From a virus (lineage: Duplodnaviria > Caudoviricetes), in IMG/VR virus record IMGVR_UViG_3300033068_001747: DNA of 64,000 nucleotides; one strand, given 5' to 3'. Shown one piece after another: positions 9,304 through 19,268 of this stretch. How positions within the stretch are numbered: the first letter of the stretch is position 1; the number at the start of each line of letters is the position of its first letter. The notes under the pieces were generated by a model. That model was given only the letters and a program-made list of their open reading frames with translations. It was not told the DNA's origin and ran no database searches. The translations under genes and the position numbers were made by a program.

Positions 9304-10560
9304 ATGAATGATAATTATAAATACGTAACTGTTATGTTTCCCTACCCTTCTGGTAGTGGATTGCATTGTGGACACTGGTACAATTATGCAATTATAGATA
9401 GTTACTGTAGATACTTGAGATATAAAGGTGAACAAGTTTTTCAACCATTTGGTTATGACTCATTTGGTTTACCTGCAGAAAACTACGCGAAAAAAGTGGG
9501 TAGAGACCCACGAGAAGTTACTTACGAAAATATAGAAAACTTTAGAGGACAGATGAAAAACATGGACACTCAATATGAGGAAATGTTGATTACTTCTGAT
9601 CCTAACTACATTGAATACACACAATGGTTGTTTAAACAATTGTATGATAAAGGATTGGCTTATAAAAAAGATGGTGAAGTTGACTTTTGTAATAGTTGTG
9701 AAACCGTATTGGCTAGAGAACAAGTAAAAGATGGTAAATGTGATAGATGTTCAAATGAAGTTGAAAAGAAAACATTGAACCAATGGTATTTTAAAATCAC
9801 TGATTATAAAGAAAGATTGATTGCAGGTTTGGACCATATAGATTTCCCTGAATCTACCAAGAAAGCTCAAAGAAATTGGTTGGAAAACCAACATGATTGG
9901 TGTGTATCAAGACAAAGAAGTTGGGGTTGTCCAATTCCAATTGAAGGAGAAACTGATACAATGGACACTTTTGTAGATAGTTCTATTTATACTATAATCT
10001 ATTGTATTATGAAAGGTATTAAACCTAAACCAGTTGACTTGTATGTTGGTGGTTCTGAACATGCTTGTATGCACTTGATCTATATTAGATTTATTACTAT
10101 GTTCTTGCATGACATTGGGTTTATTGACTTTGAAGAACCAATTACTAAATTGGTACATCAAGGTATGATTTTGAACCAAGGTGAGAAAATGTCTAAATCT
10201 AAAGATAATGTAGTTAGTTTGGATGGTTATGATTCTGATGAAATTAGATTTTATTTGATGTTTATTGGACATTACTTCGATGGTGGTTCTTGGTCAGATG
10301 AAAATATAATTGGTATTAGAAGATTTATAAATAGAATGAAAACTTGGTTGGATAAAACAGGTGAGGAAACTATTGATATAGAAGCTTTCAAAAAAACTAT
10401 ATTTGATTTTACAGATGCGTTTAAGTTTAACAAAGTAGTGAGTTCATTTATGATTTTGTTGAACCAAAATAAAAATAAAGCATTGACTCCAGAATGTAAA
10501 GAAGAATTGATTAAATTGATTGAGATCTATATGCCTGGTATTAGAGGAAAATTAAACTAA
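9304..10560 (+). CDS. leuS: Miniature leucyl-tRNA synthetase-like protein lacking the CP1 editing domain
   Basis: MFPYPSGSGLHCGH, GYDSFGLPAEN, zinc knuckle, QWYFKIT, DWCVSRQRSWGCPIP, DTMDTFVDSS, KMSKS; 418 aa. Confidence 0.85.
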   Translation: MNDNYKYVTVMFPYPSGSGLHCGHWYNYAIIDSYCRYLRYKGEQVFQPFGYDSFGLPAENYAKKVGRDPREVTYENIENFRGQMKNMDTQYEEMLITSDPNYIEYTQWLFKQLYDKGLAYKKDGEVDFCNSCETVLAREQVKDGKCDRCSNEVEKKTLNQWYFKITDYKERLIAGLDHIDFPESTKKAQRNWLENQHDWCVSRQRSWGCPIPIEGETDTMDTFVDSSIYTIIYCIMKGIKPKPVDLYVGGSEHACMHLIYIRFITMFLHDIGFIDFEEPITKLVHQGMILNQGEKMSKSKDNVVSLDGYDSDEIRFYLMFIGHYFDGGSWSDENIIGIRRFINRMKTWLDKTGEETIDIEAFKKTIFDFTDAFKFNKVVSSFMILLNQNKNKALTPECKEELIKLIEIYMPGIRGKLN

Positions 10561-10600
10561 TCTACTATTTTTCAATATAAGATATGAGAGGGAGGATGAA

Positions 10601-10939
10601 ATGGATAAACATAAAACAAATTTTACTAAAGATAAAGTAGTAAATAAGAGAATAAACGACTTTTTAGATAAATTTTATATGAGAGACAAAGGTAGATTTT
10701 TTTGGAAAGAAAGATGGTTTTCAATATGTAGTACACACCAAGAATATACAAAAGAATGCAAAACTTGTAATGTTGGATGTTGGGAGAACGTATGGAGAAC
10801 CAATATAGAGAAAGTAATATTTATAATCTCACCAAAATTATACAAATGGATCTTGAAATTTAAAAAAGTGCAGTTGATAAATATAATTGAAGAAAATGAA
10901 CCCAAGAAATATTACAGAAGAAATCAAAGAAAAAATTAA
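10601..10939 (+). CDS. Hypothetical protein
   Basis: ORF track. Confidence 0.55.
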   Translation: MDKHKTNFTKDKVVNKRINDFLDKFYMRDKGRFFWKERWFSICSTHQEYTKECKTCNVGCWENVWRTNIEKVIFIISPKLYKWILKFKKVQLINIIEENEPKKYYRRNQRKN

Positions 10940-11105
10940 AAACGCACATTACTATAAATTTGGTGCAGTATCACCAGATGGTTTTGTTTTGATCCCAAAA
11001 GAAACTTTTGAAAGATTAAAAGACTTTGATGTTTGGAAAGAATGGAAGAATAACCCAGAATCCTTAGAACAATTAGCAATTGAGGATTTAAGAAAACAAG
11101 AATAG
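10887..11105 (+). CDS. Hypothetical protein
   Basis: ORF track. Confidence 0.55.
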   Translation: MKKMNPRNITEEIKEKIKNAHYYKFGAVSPDGFVLIPKETFERLKDFDVWKEWKNNPESLEQLAIEDLRKQE

Positions 11106-11669
11106 ATGAAAAAATTATTACTACTATTATTAATTGGACTAATGTCATTTACAACAACTAATAAAAGAATACTATTTGTCGGAGACAGTTTAAGTTGTTT
11201 TAATGGTGGTTGGCAAACACAAGTTGCACAAGGACTAGGTAAGGATTATAAAAATGTTGCAAAGTTTGGTAAAACAACAGATTGGATGTTAAATAATCTA
11301 AAAGCTCACCTAGTAAATAATAATAGTAAATATGATACCATCTTTATTTATGGTGGTATCAATGATGCTTACTCAGGAAATAGTATAAATACTATTGAAA
11401 ATCTACAGAAGATGGTTGACTTATGTAATAAATACAATATAAAACCAATTATAATTGTGGGTTATAACCCATTAAAAGTTGCAAAAGGTAGAACAAAACA
11501 ACGAGATAAATATATAAGTTTACAAAGAAAAATGTTAGATCTTAAAGGTTGTAAGATTATACCAATTGATAATTCTATAGATAGACGAGATACAGAAGAT
11601 GGTATACATTTAAAAAGATCAGGACATAAAAAATTTAGTAAATTTGTATTACAAAATTTGGAGATATAA
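11106..11669 (+). CDS. SGNH/GDSL hydrolase with signal peptide
   Basis: FVGDSL, GGIND, DGIHL; hydrophobic N-terminus. Confidence 0.85.
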   Translation: MKKLLLLLLIGLMSFTTTNKRILFVGDSLSCFNGGWQTQVAQGLGKDYKNVAKFGKTTDWMLNNLKAHLVNNNSKYDTIFIYGGINDAYSGNSINTIENLQKMVDLCNKYNIKPIIIVGYNPLKVAKGRTKQRDKYISLQRKMLDLKGCKIIPIDNSIDRRDTEDGIHLKRSGHKKFSKFVLQNLEI

Positions 11670-11705
11670 AAATTAGTTGTATCTTTGTACAACAATAAAA
11701 GAAAA

Positions 11706-11784
11706 GGTCCTTCAACGTAATTGCCTTGGTGGCAAGCTGGCTTCTAAACCCAGCGTTAAACGGGTTCGAATCCTGGTGGGATCA
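11706..11784 (+). tRNA. Atypical tRNA, apparent anticodon CUA (amber suppressor-like)
   Basis: Acceptor GGTCCT/GGGATC + A; D hairpin TTGCC-TTGGT-GGCAA; GCTGG/CCAGC stem closing C-TTCTAAA-C; GGTTCGAATCC T arm; TATCTTTG promoter element upstream. Confidence 0.7.
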
Positions 11785-11796
11785 CAAAAAAGTATT

Positions 11797-12000
11797 ATGC
11801 AGTTAAATAAAAAAGATAAAGTAATTCTGAATTGTGACGAATCTGATTTTGAGAATCAAGAAAATAGAAGAAATTGTATAAATAGAATTGTTACAGTACG
11901 TGATATATTTTATAGAGGAAATAAAATTGATACATTTTTTGTAGAAGAAAATGATTATGAATGGGTTCCAGAAAATATAGTAGTTAAAGTAAAATGTTAA
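11797..12000 (+). CDS. Small hypothetical protein
   Basis: ATG downstream of the tRNA; the longer ORF call overlaps the tRNA. Confidence 0.55.
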   Translation: MQLNKKDKVILNCDESDFENQENRRNCINRIVTVRDIFYRGNKIDTFFVEENDYEWVPENIVVKVKC

Positions 12001-12182
12001 ATTGGATTAAAAAATTATTTACAAAACCTTCTAAAAAAAGACTTATTGACGATTATGAATTTAACTCAATTAGAAAAGAAAAAGAAGATGAATTAAATAG
12101 AATTTTAGATAAAATATCTGAAAAGGGTATTAAGAGTTTAACAAAAAAAGAAAAAGATTTTTTAAACAGTAACAAAAAATAA
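11994..12182 (+). CDS. DUF6576-like small protein
   Basis: ELNRILDKISEKGIKSLTKKEKDFL motif. Confidence 0.7.
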   Translation: MLNWIKKLFTKPSKKRLIDDYEFNSIRKEKEDELNRILDKISEKGIKSLTKKEKDFLNSNKK

Positions 12183-12205
12183 TATATAAATAAAAACAAG
12201 TAATT

Positions 12206-13126
12206 ATGAAAGCAACTTAGATTAACAAAGAAGAATCAAAATTAGTAGTTATCACAAGAAGTGATTTAACTCCTGGCTACCAAGCCCAACAATCTACACA
12301 CTCTGTAGCAGACTTTTCACACGAGTTTCCTCAACAATTTAAAGAATGGAAAACTACATCTAATTCTATCATCTGTTTACAAGTAAACAATGAAAAAGAA
12401 TTAAACGACTTATACATAAAGTTATCCAAACTTACCTCAGTCACAAAATTTTACGAACCAGATTTAAACGATGAACTTACATCTATTTGTTTATATGCAA
12501 ATAAAGATGTCAGAAAGAAAGTTTCATATCTTCCACTTTTAGGTAAAAAACCAAAACTTACTTATCAACAAGTTATCATTGATATGATAGCAACACCACA
12601 AACTGATACACAAAATGTATTAGAACACGGTATATCTGTTGCAAAACACTTTGATAAACTAATTAAAGGAGAAACCGATAACTGGAAATTACCAACTTGG
12701 CTTACAGAAAATAAAGATTTTATCTTTAGTAACCTTCACAAACTAGAAGATATTAAAGAATATCAAGTAATGCACGATTGTGGTAAACCATACTGCATGA
12801 CCATTGATGAACAAGGTAAAAGACACTTTCCAAATCACGCACAAGTTTCATTTGACACATTCTCTAAGATTTCTGACAACAAAGTAGTTGCAGATTTAAT
12901 CTTAAAAGATATGGTATTCCATACAATCAAAGCAAATGAAGTAGAAGATTTTGTTAAAAGTAATTCAATCGAAACCGTTTTAACATTATTAGTAACAGCA
13001 CTTTGCGAATTACACTCTAATACTTCTATGTTTGGTGGTATTGAAAGTACTTCTTTTAAAATCAAATTTAAACAATTAGATAAAAGAGGTAACCAAGTAT
13101 TAAAACTATTAAAAAATAAACAGTAA
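12206..13126 (+). CDS. Peptidyl-tRNA hydrolase 2 (PTH2)-like domain fused to HD domain; in-frame TAG at codon 5
   Basis: ATG AAA GCA ACT TAG, then an open frame LVVITRSDLTPGYQAQQSTHS...FYEPDLNDELTSICL continuous with the 12584 ORF (HDCGKP). Confidence 0.8.
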
Positions 13127-13128
13127 TT

Positions 13129-13491
13129 ATGACAACAAAAGAATTTATAAAAATGTTACAAGATGCAGATCCTACTGGAGAATCACACGTAAGAATGTAT
13201 GGTGGTGTACCAATAGGTGCCGCAAGAATACCTGGGTATTATGATGGAAATTATGCTTATATTGATGAAAATGATAATTATGTATCTACTATGAAAGGAG
13301 ATAAAGTAGATATTTATTGTAGAGATTCATTTGATATTATATCAGATAATTATGATGATGATAAAACAAAAGAAGAAAATTGGGAAATTATAAAAAGTAA
13401 ATTTATATTTGATTTAGGAGAAGGTGTAACCCATAAAGAAAAAATATTTATGGATAGAGTTTATAAAGAATTTGAAGAATATATAAAATAA
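13129..13491 (+). CDS. Hypothetical protein
   Basis: ORF track. Confidence 0.65.
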   Translation: MTTKEFIKMLQDADPTGESHVRMYGGVPIGAARIPGYYDGNYAYIDENDNYVSTMKGDKVDIYCRDSFDIISDNYDDDKTKEENWEIIKSKFIFDLGEGVTHKEKIFMDRVYKEFEEYIK

Positions 13492-13533
13492 AATTTGTAT
13501 ATTTGCAATATAATATATAAAAAGAAAAGAGTT

Positions 13534-14124
13534 ATGGCGAACGCACCTATTACACCGAAAGAAAAATTAGCTTGGGAATTTGCCCAAAGAGCACATAAAG
13601 ATCAAGTAAGAAAATTTACTGGTCTACCATATTTTGATAATCACGTACAAAAAGTAAATGGTACATTAAAACTTTACACTACTGATGAAGCAACTTTAAT
13701 TGCTGCTTTATTACACGATGTTATCGAAGATTGTTATGAAAATAAATGGGAAGCTTACAATGATATTAAAGAACTTTTTGGTCAAGAGGTTGCAGACTTA
13801 GTTATGGAGCTAACTTCTGATAATGAAGAAATGAAACATAAATGGGGTGGTAATAAAACAAACTACTTAATCAACAAAATGTTGAAAATGTCTGACAAAG
13901 CGTTTACTATTAAACTATCTGATAGATTCAATAACATTGCAGATGCATTCACTGCATCCGAAAGATTTAGAAATAACTATTACAGAGAAACTTGTGCAAT
14001 AGTCGATGCAATGGAAGAAGGTAGAACTTTTACAAGAGTTCAAAGACAATTACTTGATGATATTCAAGCAAAACTTGATAACATCAAAAGAATATTTAAA
14101 GTGAAAAAATTAAACGAAATGTAA
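13534..14124 (+). CDS. Small alarmone hydrolase, (p)ppGpp HD-domain (SpoT/Mesh1-like)
   Basis: AHKDQVRK...PY...H, AALLHDVIED, IKLSDRFNN. Confidence 0.85.
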   Translation: MANAPITPKEKLAWEFAQRAHKDQVRKFTGLPYFDNHVQKVNGTLKLYTTDEATLIAALLHDVIEDCYENKWEAYNDIKELFGQEVADLVMELTSDNEEMKHKWGGNKTNYLINKMLKMSDKAFTIKLSDRFNNIADAFTASERFRNNYYRETCAIVDAMEEGRTFTRVQRQLLDDIQAKLDNIKRIFKVKKLNEM

Positions 14125-14223
14125 TATGAAATAGATTGTAATTAGAGGTCCTACTTAATATTTTTTAACCTTAGTAAAAGAACACAAAAATAAATTAAAA
14201 ACTAAAAAATAAAAATATTAAAA

Positions 14224-14640
14224 ATGGAAACACAAGTAACAAGAACAACAGTAAAAGAATTAAACCAAGACTTAAAGAGTTTATTTCAAAAAATAACATC
14301 AGTATCAGCTGATAAAAAATATGTAATCAAAGTTGATAATGAAGAACAATCACATTTAGAGTTTGTTGAATTTCAATTAGATAATTTAACTCAAAGTGGT
14401 AGAAAGAAATTAGCAAGAAGAATTAGACATGCTAACAAAAAACAAGGATATAGAGCTTTCAGTTCTTTCTTGTCAATGTTAAAGTCAAGAAACATTGTTA
14501 AATACAATATCAAAATTGAACAAAGTCTTAAAGAAAAAACTATTCAACAATATAGAAAAGAATATGTTAAAGCAAGAACAGATGCAGAAACATTAAGACT
14601 TAAATACATGAATGAAAAAGGAGACTTTTACAAATCATAA
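14224..14640 (+). CDS. Hypothetical basic protein
   Basis: ORF track. Confidence 0.65.
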   Translation: METQVTRTTVKELNQDLKSLFQKITSVSADKKYVIKVDNEEQSHLEFVEFQLDNLTQSGRKKLARRIRHANKKQGYRAFSSFLSMLKSRNIVKYNIKIEQSLKEKTIQQYRKEYVKARTDAETLRLKYMNEKGDFYKS

Positions 14641-14646
14641 AAAAGA

Positions 14647-14672
14647 AAACCACTCATTTGAGTGGTTTTTTT
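14647..14672. terminator. Bidirectional terminator (ccactca-N-gagtgg family)
   Basis: Hairpin with A and T tracts; near-identical hairpins at ~19770 and ~38695. Confidence 0.75.
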
Positions 14673-14673
14673 A

Positions 14674-16722
14674 TTACTTTTTAAATTTAAAAAATTCATT
14701 TAATGGTTTAAGGTATCTAAATCCTTTTTTCTCAGTAACCGGTACTGCCTTACCATTTATTAAAATACTATTACTAGACTTATCATAATCCATTTTAACA
14801 GTTCCTTCTAACTCACCACCTAAGATTTCATCTGAAAGAGGATCTTCTAAGTAATGTTGAATTGCTCTTTTTAATGGACGAGCACCCATTTTTTCATCAT
14901 ATCCTTTATCAATCAATAAATCTTTGAAAGCAGTAGTTATCTCTAATGATAATTTTAAATCTTTTAACTTATTCTCAACTTTCTTAATCTCTATGTCAAT
15001 TATCTTATAAACATTTTCTTTAGATAAAGAAGCAAATATAACAATCTCATCAATTCTATTGATAAACTCAGGTTTTAACCTTTTACTTAATTCTGCTTTA
15101 ATTATTGATTTAGCATTTTCTTCTTTAACTGCTGGTTTATCTGAACCAAATCCAACTGGTGTTGCCATTTGATTTACTGCACTCGCACCAATATTAGAAG
15201 TCATAACAATAATAGTATTTCTAAAATCTACCTTTCTTCCTTCACCATCAGTTAAATGACCATCATCAAATATTTGTAACATGATATCCATTACACTAGG
15301 GTGTGCTTTCTCTAACTCATCAAATAATATGATACAATAAGGTTTTCTTCTTACCTTTTCAGTTAGTTGTCCACCTTCTCCGTATCCAACATAACCTGGA
15401 GGTGACCCAATCATTCTAGCAACATTATGTTTCTCAGCATATTCAGACATATCAACTCTAATCATTGCATCTTCTGAACCAAATATGTTTTTAGCTAATG
15501 TTTTTACTGTGTGAGTTTTACCAGTACCAGTACTTCCTAAGAAAAGGAATACACCAGCAGGTCTATTAGGATCTTTTAATCCTGCTCTATTTCTTCTAAT
15601 AGATTTTGCAATTTTTGTAACTGCTTCATCTTGTCCGATAATTTGCATCTTTAATTCATTCTCTAAACCTAAAAGACGTTTACCTTCATCACCAGTTACT
15701 TGTGTAGGAATACCAGTTTTTAAAGAAAGAATTCTTTCAACATCTTCTTTAGTAATAACGATTCTCGGCATTTCGGGAGTATCTTTCTTTAATTGAATTA
15801 TTCTATCAACCATTTCCTTCTCACGTGGTCTTAAATCACCTGCACCTTGATAATCTTGAGCCTTTAAAAGTTCATCTTTTCTATTTCTTAATGCCAATAA
15901 TTGTGTTTCTAATTCAGCAATTTCAGGTGGTGTATTTTTCTTAGCAGAGATTCTCATTTTAGCACCAACCTCATCCATTAAGTCAATTGCCTTATCAGGG
16001 AAGTATCTATCTGAAATGAATTTACCAGATAAATTAACACAAGCTTCAATGGCATCATCATTAAAAGTAACTTTGTGGAAATCTTCATAGTTCTTTTTAA
16101 TTCTCATTAAAATTTCAATAGTTTCCGTCACTGATGGCTCTTCAACATTTACTTTTTGGAAACGTCTTTCTAATGCACCATCTTTCTCTAAAGAGTTTCT
16201 AAACTCATTATTAGTTGTAGCACCAATTAAACGCATTTTACCTCTTGCTAATGCTGGTTTAATTTGATTTGCCATATCAATTGGCACAGTTTTATTTACC
16301 ATTAAGTGAATCTCATCAATAAATAATATAATATCTGGATTTGCCTCAAGTTCATCCATTATAGCCTTAACTTTAGCTTCTAATCCACCTTGACCAGCCA
16401 TAATAGTACCCATATCAAGTGCGATAATTCTTTTACCTTCTAATGATTCTGGACAATCTTCACTAACCATCATTCTAGCAATACCTTCGATAATTGCTGT
16501 TTTACCTACACCAGGTTCACCAATAATAACAGGGTTATTTTTATTTTTTCTGGCTAAAATCCAGATTACTTGTTCAATCTCTTTTTGTCTACCGATTACA
16601 GGATCAAGTTTATCTTCTTCGGCTAACTTAGTCATATCAACACCATACTTATCTAAAAATGGAGTTGGCGCACTTTGTTTCTCACCTTCTGTAAACTCTT
16701 CGTAAACTTTCAATTTTTTCAT
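14674..16722 (-). CDS. ClpC/ClpB-family AAA+ ATPase lacking the N-domain
   Basis: GEPGVGKT, LFIDEIH, ALERRFQ, GSTGTGKT, DMSEY, GSPPGYVG, GARPLKR. Confidence 0.92.
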   Translation of the reverse strand: MKKLKVYEEFTEGEKQSAPTPFLDKYGVDMTKLAEEDKLDPVIGRQKEIEQVIWILARKNKNNPVIIGEPGVGKTAIIEGIARMMVSEDCPESLEGKRIIALDMGTIMAGQGGLEAKVKAIMDELEANPDIILFIDEIHLMVNKTVPIDMANQIKPALARGKMRLIGATTNNEFRNSLEKDGALERRFQKVNVEEPSVTETIEILMRIKKNYEDFHKVTFNDDAIEACVNLSGKFISDRYFPDKAIDLMDEVGAKMRISAKKNTPPEIAELETQLLALRNRKDELLKAQDYQGAGDLRPREKEMVDRIIQLKKDTPEMPRIVITKEDVERILSLKTGIPTQVTGDEGKRLLGLENELKMQIIGQDEAVTKIAKSIRRNRAGLKDPNRPAGVFLFLGSTGTGKTHTVKTLAKNIFGSEDAMIRVDMSEYAEKHNVARMIGSPPGYVGYGEGGQLTEKVRRKPYCIILFDELEKAHPSVMDIMLQIFDDGHLTDGEGRKVDFRNTIIVMTSNIGASAVNQMATPVGFGSDKPAVKEENAKSIIKAELSKRLKPEFINRIDEIVIFASLSKENVYKIIDIEIKKVENKLKDLKLSLEITTAFKDLLIDKGYDEKMGARPLKRAIQHYLEDPLSDEILGGELEGTVKMDYDKSSNSILINGKAVPVTEKKGFRYLKPLNEFFKFKK

Positions 16723-16804
16723 AAAAATGAATTATTTTTCTAGTATATATTATTTTTTAAAAATTAAAATCTTAACTTTATAAATTATTTTAAATATAAA
16801 TTAT

Positions 16805-17116
16805 ATGACAGATGAAGATAAACAATTTTTCGAATCACTATTTGGTGGTTTAGAAAACATGGAAAAAGGTTTTGGTTATGATTATAATATGTTTTGTTGT
16901 GAACAAGGTATTTTAATTGCAGAACTAGGAACAAAAGAAGCTATTATTGATTTTAGTAAACAAGATTGGAGTAAACAAAAAGAAATGGTACACGGATTAT
17001 CTGACGATCATAGTGGAAATACATTTCAAATGTCTTGCAGACTAGCAATATCATATCTACCACAGGCTAAGTCAATTAAAAGAGACGAAAAAATTAACAA
17101 AATTTTAGATAAATAA
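16805..17116 (+). CDS. Hypothetical protein, C-terminal tag KRDEKINKIL
   Basis: ORF track. Confidence 0.65.
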   Translation: MTDEDKQFFESLFGGLENMEKGFGYDYNMFCCEQGILIAELGTKEAIIDFSKQDWSKQKEMVHGLSDDHSGNTFQMSCRLAISYLPQAKSIKRDEKINKILDK

Positions 17117-17189
17117 GTTTGGTGATTTAGTCAAAATAGTATATTTTTGTAAAAGAAATTAAATATATAAACAAAAGATAAATTATACT

Positions 17190-18032
17190 ATGGTAACAAG
17201 AGTAGCACCCTCTCCAACTGGTTTTTTCCACTTAGGAACTTTAAGAACTGCACTACTTGCTTGGCTTCAAGCAAGAGCTAATAACGGTACATTCATTTTA
17301 AGAATTGATGATACCGATCAAGAAAGAAATAAACCAGAGTGGATTGATTATATCTACGAGCAAATGTCTGAGTTTGGTTTAGATCACGACATTACTTTCA
17401 GACAATCTGAGAGATTAGACCGTTACAGAGAAGTAGCTGAGAAAATCGGTACTAAAACTGAGAATGGTTACGAGTTAGATATGGGAGAGTACTCAATGGT
17501 TATTCTTAGAAATAACGGGTTCCCTACATATAACTTCTGTTCAATTTTAGATGATTATGACTATGATGTAACTAATATCATTAGAGGTGTTGACCACATT
17601 GCAAATGAGGCAAAACAACGTATTATCTGGGATAAGATTTGTGAAGTAGAAGGAGATAAAACATTTCCAGTAATTACACATGCTGGATTACTTTTCGACG
17701 GTAATGCTAAATTATCTAAGAGAAAAGGTAATGGTACAACAGAAGATTACAAAGATTACAGTAGAGCTGCTATCTTAAACTGGTTGGTTAAATTTGGTTG
17801 GTCACACCCAGATCCATTGTTTGATAAGAAACACCCTACTTTAAGTATAGACGAAATGATTGCTCTTTTCAACGAAGGAAACATTTCAGATAGAAACTGT
17901 AAAATCGATAAAGCTAAATTAGAGTTCCTAAATAAAAAATGGAAAGCAATTGAGAAAAGAGGTGGTGCAGGTTCAACAAAAGAAATCGTAGTTGAGTCAA
18001 AACTTTTAAAGTTTGACGAGTTTCAAAAATAA
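17190..18032 (+). CDS. Glutamyl-tRNA synthetase-like protein, catalytic domain only (GluQ-sized)
   Basis: RVAPSPTGFFHLG, LRIDDTD, QSER, IRGVDH, KLSKR; 280 aa, no anticodon-binding domain. Confidence 0.88.
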   Translation: MVTRVAPSPTGFFHLGTLRTALLAWLQARANNGTFILRIDDTDQERNKPEWIDYIYEQMSEFGLDHDITFRQSERLDRYREVAEKIGTKTENGYELDMGEYSMVILRNNGFPTYNFCSILDDYDYDVTNIIRGVDHIANEAKQRIIWDKICEVEGDKTFPVITHAGLLFDGNAKLSKRKGNGTTEDYKDYSRAAILNWLVKFGWSHPDPLFDKKHPTLSIDEMIALFNEGNISDRNCKIDKAKLEFLNKKWKAIEKRGGAGSTKEIVVESKLLKFDEFQK

Positions 18033-18033
18033 T

Positions 18034-18066
18034 AAAAAAAGTCTTACATTTTTGTAAGACTTTTTT
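18034..18066. terminator. Bidirectional terminator
   Basis: gtcttaca-ttt-tgtaagac hairpin with A and T tracts. Confidence 0.7.
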
Positions 18067-18532
18067 ATTTTTTATATCTTTCTAAATCAAATTTTCCATA
18101 AACACGTTTTTCATCTAAATAAATCTTTATATCATAAATTAGTATTTTATTCATACTATATTCATATGGAAGATTTCTACCCAACCAGTCTTTAAACTTG
18201 TCATCATTCATATCATAATACTTAGATTCAACGTCACCATCATTATCAAGTGATCTTAAATCCAATAAACTATTCTTTAAATAATATGTCTGTTCTAAAT
18301 AATGATAGAAAGGAATAATATAATCTTTTATATTATTCCAATGTAATGGTTTTTTAAATGAGACTTTAACGTAAGTACCATAAACATGACTATTGTTGGT
18401 ACAAACTAATGAAACATTATCATCATCAAGTAAATAAGCTAAATGTTGTTCACAAAAATCTTGAAACTCTTCCTTAAATTGTTGTTTCATTTCTTGTTGA
18501 CTCTTAGCTTCAAACAATTTAATATACTTCAT
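18065..18532 (-). CDS. Hypothetical protein, LAYLLD family, N-terminal motif MKYIKLFE
   Basis: Paralog motifs; TAATATATA upstream. Confidence 0.7.
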   Translation of the reverse strand: MKYIKLFEAKSQQEMKQQFKEEFQDFCEQHLAYLLDDDNVSLVCTNNSHVYGTYVKVSFKKPLHWNNIKDYIIPFYHYLEQTYYLKNSLLDLRSLDNDGDVESKYYDMNDDKFKDWLGRNLPYEYSMNKILIYDIKIYLDEKRVYGKFDLERYKK

Positions 18533-18580
18533 AGTGTATATATTATTTATTTTATATATATTTGTAAAAATTTAGAAATC

Positions 18581-19225
18581 ATGAGTAAGTATAACAGAAC
18601 ATATCATTTACCTTGGTCACCTGGAACTACCAGTGATGATAGAATATCTAATAGTGTCGAATCACTATTGGGTACAGAGATTGTTATTACTGAAAAGTTG
18701 GATGGTGAAAATTGCGGAATGACAGATGAAGGAGTTTATGCCAGAAGTCATGCTACCTTTACAACGTCTCCTTGGTCAAGAGAAGTAAGACAACTTCATA
18801 AAGTTAAAGTAGAGAATATGTTAGGAGAAGGAGTTCTCTTATTTGGAGAAAATATGGAAGGTATTCACTCAATTGAATATAGTAATCTTGAGTCATACTT
18901 TTATATTTTCGGTGTTAGAGATAATGAAATTTGGATCCCGTGGGAACAAGTTGAAGAGTATTCTTACTTATTAGATATACCTACTGTACCAGTTTTATTT
19001 AAAGGTGTTGTAAACACAGTTAAAGAATTACAAGAAATTGTCGAAGATTTAGTAAGTAAACCTTCTGAATTAGGTGGACAAAGAGAAGGTATCGTAGTAA
19101 GAAATGCAGGAATGTTTCACAATGACGACTTTGCAGATAACGTAATGAAATGGGTAAGAAAGGGACACGTTCAAACAGATGAACATTGGACTAGAAATTG
19201 GAAGAAAGCCGAAATAAAAAGATAA
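18581..19225 (+). CDS. ATP-dependent RNA ligase family protein
   Basis: TEKLDGEN (motif I), FGEN, EGIVVR, KWVR; start MSKY at 18581. Confidence 0.85.
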   Translation: MSKYNRTYHLPWSPGTTSDDRISNSVESLLGTEIVITEKLDGENCGMTDEGVYARSHATFTTSPWSREVRQLHKVKVENMLGEGVLLFGENMEGIHSIEYSNLESYFYIFGVRDNEIWIPWEQVEEYSYLLDIPTVPVLFKGVVNTVKELQEIVEDLVSKPSELGGQREGIVVRNAGMFHNDDFADNVMKWVRKGHVQTDEHWTRNWKKAEIKR

Positions 19226-19268
19226 ACTTTGTTTATCTTTTTTTGTATAAATAAAAAAAAATAAAATT

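Noticed and set aside
9241-9444. N-terminal extension of the 8182 ORF (also 1725, 11677, 13495 and 18443 extensions)
   Set aside because: The extensions overlap promoters, a tRNA or opposite-strand genes; downstream ATGs fit better.
11103-11108. TAG-ATG in-frame junction as a read-through fusion
   Set aside because: The downstream gene has its own signal peptide; adjacency is likely just tight packing.
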